Assembly: GCA_045602545.1 (NCBI GenBank)
Contig: JAZSBR010000033.1
Location: forward strand, 14,645-78,644
Source: Alphaproteobacteria bacterium
Lineage (GTDB): Bacteria > Pseudomonadota > Alphaproteobacteria > RF32 > CAG-239
DNA: 64,000 bases
Direction: 5' to 3'
Below are positions 25,937 through 34,938 of the stretch, one piece after another. The position numbers and the translations under genes are program-made. Every line of letters starts with the position of its first letter. Position 1 is the first letter of the stretch. The notes beneath the pieces were generated by a model, which was not told where the DNA came from, searched no databases, and was given only the letters and a program-made list of their open reading frames with translations.

Positions 25937-28356
25937 CAGTATTCTGCTCCAATTTGTAAAGAACCGTTGTCTTGTTCCGGTCCGGCAATATTATCGCCTT
26001 CTTCGCCGATAACACGTTGACGGTCATTAAATTCAAAGTCCGGTTTTAAGGCCTCGATAATTACCGTTCCGTCACCCGGAGCCGAAGGTTTTCCGGTGTT
26101 CGGATTTACACGAACAAGTTTGATTCCCTGCGGAATTCTAAATGATGTATCCGGAACATCTTTCAAGGCATCTTTCATAAAATCATAAAAAATCGGCAAG
26201 GCGGCTTGCGCACCGGTTTCAACGCGCCCCAAACTTCGCGGTTCATCAAATCCGACATACACACCGGCAACCAAATCCGGCGAGAATCCGACAAACCACG
26301 CGTCTTTTGTTTCATTCGTCGTACCAGTTTTTCCGGCCAAATGCCTGTGCAATCCGTTAAGTTTTGCACCGGTACCGCGCGTAGCAACACCTTCCAAAAT
26401 AGAGGTCATCTGATATGCCGAAAGCGGGTCAACAATCTGCTCTCTCACCGGCAAAAAGTCCGGAGCTTTTTGATTTTCCCATTTATCAGCCTTACAATCA
26501 TTACAAGGCGTTTGCTCATGTTTGTAGATGGTTTTTCCTTTGCGGTCCTGAATGCGCTCAATCAGATAAGGCGGAACTTTTTTGCCTCCGTTAACAATCA
26601 CGCTGTATGCCCCGACCATATCAATCAGACGTGTGTCTGCGGCACCGAGTGAGGCGGAAAGATACGGCGGAAGATGATCATTAACACCAATTCGTTTTGA
26701 CATTTCCACAATTTTATCCATGCCTATATCTTGTGCCAAACGCACCGTCATCAGGTTTTTGGAAAGCTCAACACCGCGACGAAGTGTCATAAGCCCGTAA
26801 AACTTTTTAGAATAGTTCACCGGCTTCCACTTCGGCATTCCGACACCTTGGTCCAAAACAAACGGCGCATCCAAAATCAAATCCGTCGGAGAATAGCCGA
26901 GTTCCAAAGCCGTTAAATATACAAACGGCTTGAAGGTTGAACCTGTTTGACGATAGGCCTGCGTTGCGCGATTAAATTGCGATTTTGCAAACGAAAATCC
27001 GCCCACAAGCGCCAAAACTTTACCGGTATGCGGATCCATCACGGCGAATGCACCTTCAACTTCCGGAACTTGTTTTAATCTGTATTCGTCTTTTTTGGCA
27101 TTTTTATCGCTTGCCTTTTCAACATAAATCACATCGCCTTTTTTCAAAACTTCAGATACTTTTTTCGGCTCCGGACCTATGTTTTTAATTTTTTCCGCCT
27201 TGCGCGCCCACTTCAACGCCGACATCGGAATAAAACCTTTTTCACCTGCAACTGTTTCAATATCTGCTTTATCATCGGTGGTTTTAAGAACAACGGCCTT
27301 TTCCCAATTCGGCTCCGCACCGGCCGTTAAAAGCGTATTTTTCAAGTTTTCTTTATAGTTTTCATCTATATTGATATTTGCGGTTGCCCCTCTCCAACCA
27401 TGGCGAGAATCGTATTCAATCAAGCCTTTGCGAAAAGCTTTTGTGGCAATTTCCTGAATTTTCGGGTCAATCGTGGTGCGCACAATCAAACCGCCCTGAT
27501 AAAGCGCCTCATCTCCGAAATTATGACTGATTGAACGGCGCACTTCTTCGCTGTAATATTCCGTACCGGCTAAGAATCCGCTTTTTCGTTCAACAACTTC
27601 CAGCGGTTTTTCTTCAGCTTCTTTAGCCTCTTCTTCGCTGATATATCCATCTTCCGCCATACGCCCCAAAACCCAGTTACGGCGCGCAATTGCCGCTTCA
27701 TATTTTGTTTTCGGATTATAATTATTCGGTCCTTTCGGCAATGCCGCCAAATAAGCAATTTCCTCTGTTGACAACTCATCAAGGGCTTTTCCGAAATAAT
27801 TCATCGCCGCCGCCGCAACACCATAAGAGCGATTACCGAGATAAATTTCGTTCAAATACAATTCCAAAACATGCTCTTTAGTAAAGGCCTTGCTGATACG
27901 GCGCGCCAGAATAGCCTCTTTAATTTTACGCGTATACGAAAGCTCTGAACTGAGCAAAAAGTTTTTCGCCACCTGTTGGGTAATGGTAGACGCACCGGCC
28001 GGACGTTTACCCGTGCCGTAATTTTTAATATTACCGATAATCGCACGGATAATACCGGAATAATCAACACCGCTGTGTTGATAAAAATGCTTATCTTCGG
28101 CGGCAATAAAAGCGTTTTTAACTTTTTCCGGAATTTTTTCAATCGGCACAAACAAGCGTTTTTCGGCAGCATATTCCATCATCAGTTGTCCATCGCCGGC
28201 AAAAAGTCGCGTGGTGACCGGCGGTTCATAATCGGCTAATTGGCGATAATCAGGCAACGAAACGTTAATCTTTGCCAATCCGTATGTAACGCTGATTGCA
28301 AAAACAATGATAAATAACAATGCCGTACTGGCTAAAAACGAGAGAAATCTGAGCAT
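25936..28356 (-). CDS. mrcA: bifunctional penicillin-binding protein 1A (glycosyltransferase/transpeptidase)
   Basis: 806 aa; N-terminal TM; GT51 motifs (EDKHFYQHSGVDY, RKIKEAIL); transpeptidase SxxK/KTG motifs (STFKP, KTGTT); TGA stop overlaps the prfB ATG (TGATG). Confidence 0.85.
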   Translation of the reverse strand: MLRFLSFLASTALLFIIVFAISVTYGLAKINVSLPDYRQLADYEPPVTTRLFAGDGQLMMEYAAEKRLFVPIEKIPEKVKNAFIAAEDKHFYQHSGVDYSGIIRAIIGNIKNYGTGKRPAGASTITQQVAKNFLLSSELSYTRKIKEAILARRISKAFTKEHVLELYLNEIYLGNRSYGVAAAAMNYFGKALDELSTEEIAYLAALPKGPNNYNPKTKYEAAIARRNWVLGRMAEDGYISEEEAKEAEEKPLEVVERKSGFLAGTEYYSEEVRRSISHNFGDEALYQGGLIVRTTIDPKIQEIATKAFRKGLIEYDSRHGWRGATANINIDENYKENLKNTLLTAGAEPNWEKAVVLKTTDDKADIETVAGEKGFIPMSALKWARKAEKIKNIGPEPKKVSEVLKKGDVIYVEKASDKNAKKDEYRLKQVPEVEGAFAVMDPHTGKVLALVGGFSFAKSQFNRATQAYRQTGSTFKPFVYLTALELGYSPTDLILDAPFVLDQGVGMPKWKPVNYSKKFYGLMTLRRGVELSKNLMTVRLAQDIGMDKIVEMSKRIGVNDHLPPYLSASLGAADTRLIDMVGAYSVIVNGGKKVPPYLIERIQDRKGKTIYKHEQTPCNDCKADKWENQKAPDFLPVREQIVDPLSAYQMTSILEGVATRGTGAKLNGLHRHLAGKTGTTNETKDAWFVGFSPDLVAGVYVGFDEPRSLGRVETGAQAALPIFYDFMKDALKDVPDTSFRIPQGIKLVRVNPNTGKPSAPGDGTVIIEALKPDFEFNDRQRVIGEEGDNIAGPEQDNGSLQIGAEY

Positions 28357-28438
28357 TTACTTTTTCTTTTTAATAACGTCCGATTATGTTAGAAATGTAT
28401 TACAATTTATAAATTTTGCAACTGTTTTTTTAAGGTTT

Positions 28439-29686
28439 TCAGCGTGAGGCAATTTCCGGATCTTTGAAGTATCGGTCTATGGCATTTGCCGCCGCATTAG
28501 CCAACTTTTGGCGATATGCCGGACGCTTCAGGTTTGCTTCTTCCGTGCGGTTTGAAAGATAGCCCATTTCCAACAATGATGACGGAATATCCGGCGCTTT
28601 CAAAACGGCGAATCCGGCAAAACGGTGCGTATTTTTTACCAGTTTCACGCTTTTAGCCATTTCTTTAACCAAATATGTTGCATATTTTGAAGATTTATTG
28701 CGCGTATCTGTTTGCGAAAGCGAAATCAAAATATCGTTCACTTCTTTAGTGTTTCCGCCTAAATCAACACCACCGATAATATCGGCTTTGTTTTCACGCT
28801 CGGCCAAAGCTGCAGCCTCAGCATCTGATGCGGTATCAGAAAGCGTATAAACCGACAAACCCGTTGCCTGACGGTTTTGTGCGCTGTCGGCATGAATTGA
28901 CATAAACAAATCTGCCTTATACTTCTGAGCAATTTTTATGCGCTGTCTGAGCGGAATAAAAATATCGGTACTGCGCGTTAAATAAACGGTATATCCGCGC
29001 TTTTGCAAAATAGTTTGCAATTCTTTTCCCATTGCCAGCGTAATATTTTTTTCATAAGTACCGCTTCCGCCGATTGCTCCCGGATCTTTTCCGCCATGCC
29101 CCGGATCCAAGACCACAATCCGCGCACGCTCTGTCTCTAAGCCTGATTTATCGGAGGAACTGCCGAACGAAAACCAACTTTTGCTCGGTTTTTCACTGCT
29201 TTCTTTCGGTTCAAATTTGCTGTCATTGGTAATAGCATTACGTTGTCCGGCTTTGTTATTAAATTCGCGGTCACCGGCAAATTCCGTATCAATCACGAAT
29301 CTCCAAGGCTTATCGCTTTGCGGAGGCAGAATAAAAGCTTTTTTCACAACGGCGGCGCGTTTCAAATCCAAAACAACTCGCTTGTTGTTGCCGTCAAGTT
29401 TTCCGACACGCGTTTGTTGCACAACCTGATTTTTCGGTGCCGGATAATTATTTTTTATCTCCGCATCGTCCAAATCTATAACCAAGCGCTTCGGCGAATC
29501 CAAAACAAACACGCGATAATTAACGCTTTTATCCAAATCAAACACAATTCGCGCACCGTTGGCTTGATTACCGATACGCAAATCCTTTACTTTTGTTATA
29601 GCAAAAACGTTTGTAATATTCACCAAAAGGCAGACAAACAGCACAACTGCCGTTATAAAACTTTTCTTTAAAAATCCGCGTAGCAT
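28439..29686 (-). CDS. amiC: N-acetylmuramoyl-L-alanine amidase (AMIN + Amidase_3), AmiC-like
   Basis: 415 aa; signal peptide; N-terminal AMIN-like domain; IVVLDPGHGGKDPGAIG Amidase_3 motif. Confidence 0.8.
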   Translation of the reverse strand: MLRGFLKKSFITAVVLFVCLLVNITNVFAITKVKDLRIGNQANGARIVFDLDKSVNYRVFVLDSPKRLVIDLDDAEIKNNYPAPKNQVVQQTRVGKLDGNNKRVVLDLKRAAVVKKAFILPPQSDKPWRFVIDTEFAGDREFNNKAGQRNAITNDSKFEPKESSEKPSKSWFSFGSSSDKSGLETERARIVVLDPGHGGKDPGAIGGSGTYEKNITLAMGKELQTILQKRGYTVYLTRSTDIFIPLRQRIKIAQKYKADLFMSIHADSAQNRQATGLSVYTLSDTASDAEAAALAERENKADIIGGVDLGGNTKEVNDILISLSQTDTRNKSSKYATYLVKEMAKSVKLVKNTHRFAGFAVLKAPDIPSSLLEMGYLSNRTEEANLKRPAYRQKLANAAANAIDRYFKDPEIASR

Positions 29687-29789
29687 ATTTTTAACAAACT
29701 CTAATCAGAAATTAACATTGTGCCGATTATAAACTTCACTTATTACCAATATGTTAAGAAAAGCAATATCTTTAGAAATTTTTCCTTTT

Positions 29790-30071
29790 TATTATTTTTT
29801 CTTTACAACACAAAATTTTTCTGCTAGCATTTCAGGTGAGCATAAAAGGCTCAGAGGTCTGATAGCCTCTAACACATTAGTCCTTTTCAGAGGATGGTTT
29901 TAATTTCAGTCATACGTTAAATATGACTGGAAGGTGGTGAAATAAGAAGGGGTAACCTTTACGAATAAATCACACTATCTAATGTGTTATAGTTATCAGC
30001 TTCCAGTCGCCTTTTTTGAGGGCGATTTTTCTTTTATGCGCGGTTTAATCTTTTTAAGAAAGGAAAAAATT
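29790..30071 (+). promoter_or_regulatory. Type B conserved structured 5' leader, copy 3, with sigma70-like promoter TTTACA-N17-TAGCAT (29802..29830)
   Basis: Reverse complement of the 16470..16745 element in the same orientation relative to its downstream gene; gagcataaaaggctcagaggt...ctggaaggtggtgaaataagaa...cttccagtcgcctttttt. Confidence 0.55.
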
Positions 30072-30737
30072 ATGAGTAATCAAAATGGTCGCAGTATGAT
30101 TGAAATGTTGGGCGTACTGGCAATAATCGGTGTTTTGAGCGTTGGCGGAATCGCCGGCTATTCCAAGGCGATGATGAAGTTTAAGATAAACAAAACTATT
30201 GAACAAATAACTACGATAATGACAAATTTTAAGACTCTAACTGTGGCTCAAACAAATAAAGAATATGAAGCAATAAATGCAAATCCTGACCTATTTTTTC
30301 CTGAAGACATGCTGTTTTGTGAATACGATGACGAAGGAAATATTGATTACTGCGACTGTTGCAAGAGTAATTGGGGAGAAATTGACTTTGGTGGATGTAA
30401 TAAAGGAAACTGTGATTATGAAGGAATTTATTTAGGATTTGATAATTTACCAAAAGAAGTTTGTATAGCTTTGGCAACTTATGATTGGAGTGTTATAGAA
30501 GGCATTATTGATATTTCTGCTTCACCTGATTCTTATTGGGCTTTTGGTTATGAAGGATGCAGTGGTTCAAAACTGGGTGAAAATGATGAAAATACACCTG
30601 TTAATTATGATTTCAGAGCTGCTGTTGCATGCAAAAAAGGTAGTGTCGTTTCTTTACCAATGCCGGTAAATATTGCTGCCGAAGCTTGCAACTGCGTAAA
30701 TAACAACAGTTGCGGATTTAATGTTGATTTTAAATGA
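30072..30737 (+). CDS. type IV prepilin-like protein (class III signal peptide) with Cys-rich C-terminal domain
   Basis: ATG 30072 with AAGGA RBS; MSNQNGRSMIEMLGVLAIIGVLSVGGIAGY resembles the prepilin G/xxxE N-methylation motif plus hydrophobic helix; more than 10 Cys in the mature part. Confidence 0.5.
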   Translation: MSNQNGRSMIEMLGVLAIIGVLSVGGIAGYSKAMMKFKINKTIEQITTIMTNFKTLTVAQTNKEYEAINANPDLFFPEDMLFCEYDDEGNIDYCDCCKSNWGEIDFGGCNKGNCDYEGIYLGFDNLPKEVCIALATYDWSVIEGIIDISASPDSYWAFGYEGCSGSKLGENDENTPVNYDFRAAVACKKGSVVSLPMPVNIAAEACNCVNNNSCGFNVDFK

Positions 30738-30778
30738 ATCTTCTTAAATATTTTTAGTATACCTAAATATAAAAAATA

Positions 30779-31252
30779 TCAATACACCGTTCGATATTGG
30801 CAACGGGTGATTGCCATTGCCAAAGCATCGGCGGAATCGTTGTTTTTCGGTTTGCAACCCGGAAGCAGAATTTTCACCATCGCCTCAACCTGCGCCTTTT
30901 CCGCACGCCCTACCCCGACAAGCGTTTTTTTAACCTTGGTCGGGTCATATTCAAAAAGCGGCAAATTATTATATCCGGCCGCCAAAATCACCACCCCGCG
31001 CGCCATACTGAGTTTAAGCGAGGTTTCCGGATTTGAGTTAAGAAACGTTTTTTCAATTGCCGCCTCTTGCGGTTTATATAAATCAATAACTTCGCACAGG
31101 GTTCTGAAAATCTGATCCAAGCGCTGTTCAATCGGCATTTTGGCATCGGTCGGAATAAAACCGTCCGCAACATATTGCAGACGGTTTGCATTCACTTCAA
31201 TTATGCCCCAACCGGTTGATGACAAACTCGGATCAAGACCTATAATTCGCAT
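30779..31252 (-). CDS. ruvC: crossover junction endodeoxyribonuclease RuvC
   Basis: 157 aa; MRIIGLDPSLSSTGWGIIEV N-terminus and RuvC family sequence. Confidence 0.85.
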   Translation of the reverse strand: MRIIGLDPSLSSTGWGIIEVNANRLQYVADGFIPTDAKMPIEQRLDQIFRTLCEVIDLYKPQEAAIEKTFLNSNPETSLKLSMARGVVILAAGYNNLPLFEYDPTKVKKTLVGVGRAEKAQVEAMVKILLPGCKPKNNDSADALAMAITRCQYRTVY

Positions 31253-32007
31253 TATTCACCTTCAAGCTGAGCCATCACATCATCTGAAATTTCGGCGTTG
31301 TGATAAACGTGTTGAACGTCCTCATCATCTTCCAAAGCATCAACAAATTCCAAGAATTTTTTGGCTGTTTCAACATCGGTTATATCAACTTTAACAGTCG
31401 GTTTCCAATCCAAACGTGAGGCAGAAGGAGTGCCGTATTTTGCTTCCAAAGCTGAAGTTACGGCTGCCAAGTCATCAGGCAAAGTTTCAATTTCGTGATT
31501 TTCTTCGTCGCTCACAACCTCATTGGCGCCGGCTTCCAAAGCAGCTTCAAACATTTCATCTGCCGAAGCAACCGAAACCGGATAAGCAATATAGCCGATA
31601 CGCTCAAAATTAAACACAACCGAACCGCTTTCACCCATAGCTCCGCCACGTTTTCCGAAAATCGTGCGCACATTACCGGCAGTACGATTTTTGTTATCGG
31701 TCAAAGCCTCAACAATTACGGCAACTTTATTGGAAGAAAAACCTTCATAGCGCATAGAAACGAAGTCTGCTCCGCCGGCAACGGTTGTTGCTTTTGCGAT
31801 AGCGCGTTCAATGTTGTCTTTCGGCATACTTTCGGCACGAGCCGCCTGAATTGCCAAGCGCAAGCGCGGGTTTTTATCTGGCTCAGGCAAACCGCTTTTG
31901 GCGGCAACGGTAATTTCACGAGCCAACTTTGCAAACACACGTGCCTTTTTGGCATCTTGTGCGCCTTTTCTATACATAATGTTTTTAAATTGCGAGTGTC
32001 CGGACAT
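31252..32007 (-). CDS. yebC: YebC/PmpR-family transcriptional regulator
   Basis: 251 aa; MSGHSQFKNIMYRKGAQDAKKARVFAKLAREI is the canonical YebC N-terminus; located upstream of ruvC as usual. Confidence 0.85.
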   Translation of the reverse strand: MSGHSQFKNIMYRKGAQDAKKARVFAKLAREITVAAKSGLPEPDKNPRLRLAIQAARAESMPKDNIERAIAKATTVAGGADFVSMRYEGFSSNKVAVIVEALTDNKNRTAGNVRTIFGKRGGAMGESGSVVFNFERIGYIAYPVSVASADEMFEAALEAGANEVVSDEENHEIETLPDDLAAVTSALEAKYGTPSASRLDWKPTVKVDITDVETAKKFLEFVDALEDDEDVQHVYHNAEISDDVMAQLEGE

Positions 32008-32101
32008 TTATTATCTCCATATTATAACTTTTAACTATGCCGTTTTTATAGCGCAAAAAATCTTTATTTTGCAAGCATTTTTTTGTTCTTTTGTAACAAA
32101 T

Positions 32102-32905
32102 TTATTCATCATCGGCGAGTTTGGCATTTATCAGCATATATTCGGGAGTTTTGCGCCCGAATGTGTGATATTTTTTCATCAAGCTGACCGCTTCAACATC
32201 ATAAGACAACTCATCGGCAATTTTTTCCTGCGGAGCTGATTTTTTCTCTTTCTTCACCTCCGGAAGCACCGAATCGCTGTTCACAGCCTCGGCTTCTTTA
32301 TCTTTATTAACCTTTATTTCCGCCGGAGTCTTTAAGATTTTATCTAAAATATCCTGCGTTTCGCGCGAACGACGGTTGGTAAAGACAATATTTTGCTTAT
32401 CCGCCGGCAAAACTTCCAGAATCTTTTCCAAATTTTTCAGCTGATGCAATTTTTTAATCAAGTTAATGTCATCAACAACCAAAATATCAACATTTGCAAG
32501 GCTGTTTTCATCTTCTTTCAACAAATCAAGCAACAAATCCGGCGAGGCAATAATCACATTTGCTTCCGATGGAACATCACTGCCGTTTTCGGTCAAAGTT
32601 GTTTCATTAACTTCGTGATATTTATTAAACACCGCGAATCGGTCTGAAACACCAACCGATTGCTTTGAGTTTGCCGTAATAATCAAAATATTTTTGGCCT
32701 TATTCTGGCTGATTATTTCAATAAGCGGAAAGACATAAGAACAGGTTTTTCCGCATCCGGCCGGAGCAATCGTAAAAACATCTTTACCTTCCAAAACCGA
32801 CGGGATAACATCAGCCTGCACGGTGGTCGGAGCTTTTATTCCCGCCTCATTGATTGCTTTAATTGTTTTTTCACTTAAACCTAAATCTGCAAAGTTCATT
32901 TTCAA
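32102..32905 (-). CDS. DEAD-box-helicase-like protein, N-terminal RecA domain only, with degenerate motifs
   Basis: 267 aa; Q-motif-like TTVQADVIP; Walker A APAGCGKT; motif II reads VVDD instead of DEAD; no helicase C-terminal domain. Confidence 0.5.
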   Translation of the reverse strand: MKMNFADLGLSEKTIKAINEAGIKAPTTVQADVIPSVLEGKDVFTIAPAGCGKTCSYVFPLIEIISQNKAKNILIITANSKQSVGVSDRFAVFNKYHEVNETTLTENGSDVPSEANVIIASPDLLLDLLKEDENSLANVDILVVDDINLIKKLHQLKNLEKILEVLPADKQNIVFTNRRSRETQDILDKILKTPAEIKVNKDKEAEAVNSDSVLPEVKKEKKSAPQEKIADELSYDVEAVSLMKKYHTFGRKTPEYMLINAKLADDE

Positions 32906-32920
32906 TCCTTCAATAAAATA

Positions 32921-34786
32921 TTACACTTCCGGAACCGAGGCTTTTGTGCGCTTTTCCGGCGGCACAGGCGTCTGTTCGCTTCGGTTTATTTCTTTTCCGG
33001 CCAAAATATCCTTAATTTCATCGCCGGTCAAGGTTTCAAATTCCATCAACGCATGCGCCAAAGTTTCCAAATCATCATCACGTTCGGTCAAAATGCGTTT
33101 TGCCTCATCATAGGCTTCGGTGACCAAGCGTTTGATTTCCATATCAACGAGTCGCGCCGTTTCCTCACTCATATTTTTGTTTTGCGTAACCGCACGACCT
33201 AAGAACACTTCATTTGAGTTTTCGGCATAAAGCACCGGTCCCAGAGCATCGCTCATTCCCCATTCGGTAACCATGGAGCGTGCCAAATTCGTGGCTGCTG
33301 CAATATCGGAAGATGCGCCCGAGGTAACTTTATCATAACCGAATTTGAGTTCCTCGCTCACGCGTCCGCCCATACAAATAATGAGTCTTGAAAGCATTTT
33401 TGCCCGCGTATAAGAATAGTGGTCTTTTTCCGGCAACTGCTGAACCATACCGAGCGCACGTCCGCGCGGAATAATCGTTGCCTTATGGATAGGGTCCGTT
33501 TCCTTCACATGAAGCGAGCAAATTGCATGTCCGGCCTCGTGATAAGCCGTGAGTTTTTTCTCCTCGTCATCCATCGCCATGGACTTGCGCTCATTACCCA
33601 TAAGCACTTTATCCTTGGCATTGTCAAAGTCTTCTGCCGTAACCTTGCGCTTGTTGCGACGCGCCGCCAACAATGCCGCTTCATTTACAAGATTAGCCAA
33701 ATCGGCACCCGAAAAACCTGAAGTACCGCGAGCCACAACAGCTAAATCAACATCTTTGGCAAGCGGAACTTTTTTGACGTGAACTTTCAAAATTTCTTCC
33801 CTGCCTTTAACATCAGGATTGCTGACCGTAACCTGACGATCAAAACGCCCCGGTCTTAAAAGCGCCGGATCCAAAACATCCGGTCTGTTTGTGGCCGCAA
33901 TCAAAATCACATTTTCATTAGCATCAAATCCATCCATCTCAACCAAAAGCTGGTTTAAGGTTTGCTCACGCTCATCATTGCCACCGCCTAAACCGGCACC
34001 GCGATGACGGCCAACCGCATCAATTTCATCAATAAACAGCAGGCACGGCGCATTTTTCTTGGCTTGAGCAAACATATCACGCACGCGCGATGCACCGACT
34101 CCGACAAACATTTCCACAAAATCAGAACCTGAAATTGAGAAAAACGGCACATTCGCCTCGCCGGCCACCGCTTTGGCAAGCAATGTCTTACCCGTTCCCG
34201 GAGGGCCGACCAACAAAACACCCTTTGGAATTTTTCCGCCCAAACGCTGGAATTTCTGCGGGTCTTTCAAAAAGTCAATAATCTCTTCCAATTCCTGCTT
34301 GGATTCATCTGCACCGGCAACATCGGCAAATGTCACTTTTTTGGTGTTTTCAACCAGCCTTGCACGTGATTTTCCGAAGCTCATCGCCTTATTATTTCCT
34401 GAACTTGCCTGACGCAAAAAGAATATCCATATACCGATTAACACAATCATCGGCAACCAAGAAATAATCATTCCTAAAAACGAATTTTCAGAATTTACCT
34501 CAGGTCTTGCTTCAATCTTCACCCCGTTTTCAAGCAGTTTATCTACCATATTCGGGCTTTGCGGAGCATATGTAAAAAACTTGCTTCCGCTTGTTGTTTC
34601 GCCGGAAATTTCCGAACCCGATATCACAACCTTGGCTACTTTTTTATTTTCAACTTCAGTCATAAACTCCGAAAACGGCAATTCAGAGAATTGTCCGCCG
34701 GCGCGATTTTGTTCAAAATAGCTCATCGCGATGCTTAAAAAGATGAACGCCAAAAGCCAGATAACGGCATTTTTACCCAATTTCAT
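32921..34786 (-). CDS. ftsH: ATP-dependent zinc metalloprotease FtsH
   Basis: 621 aa; two N-terminal TMs; AAA+ Walker [21 protein letters not shown] zinc-binding motif. Confidence 0.9.
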   Translation of the reverse strand: MKLGKNAVIWLLAFIFLSIAMSYFEQNRAGGQFSELPFSEFMTEVENKKVAKVVISGSEISGETTSGSKFFTYAPQSPNMVDKLLENGVKIEARPEVNSENSFLGMIISWLPMIVLIGIWIFFLRQASSGNNKAMSFGKSRARLVENTKKVTFADVAGADESKQELEEIIDFLKDPQKFQRLGGKIPKGVLLVGPPGTGKTLLAKAVAGEANVPFFSISGSDFVEMFVGVGASRVRDMFAQAKKNAPCLLFIDEIDAVGRHRGAGLGGGNDEREQTLNQLLVEMDGFDANENVILIAATNRPDVLDPALLRPGRFDRQVTVSNPDVKGREEILKVHVKKVPLAKDVDLAVVARGTSGFSGADLANLVNEAALLAARRNKRKVTAEDFDNAKDKVLMGNERKSMAMDDEEKKLTAYHEAGHAICSLHVKETDPIHKATIIPRGRALGMVQQLPEKDHYSYTRAKMLSRLIICMGGRVSEELKFGYDKVTSGASSDIAAATNLARSMVTEWGMSDALGPVLYAENSNEVFLGRAVTQNKNMSEETARLVDMEIKRLVTEAYDEAKRILTERDDDLETLAHALMEFETLTGDEIKDILAGKEINRSEQTPVPPEKRTKASVPEV

Positions 34787-34938
34787 TTTTTATTCCTTAA
34801 ATTTTGCATTGTATTTTATATAAAGCTAAAAAAAACAAAACTCAAGTGTTTTTATAAATTTTATCAATACTTAGCACCAACAAAAAAACTCCGCCGGCTT
34901 TTACACCGACGGAGCAAGGGATTAACAATGAAAAACTG

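Noticed and set aside
29982-30071. ORF-track start of the pilin-like gene (MCYSYQLPVAFFEGDFSF...)
   Set aside because: It lies within the conserved Type B leader; the ATG at 30072 has an RBS and starts the prepilin-like signal
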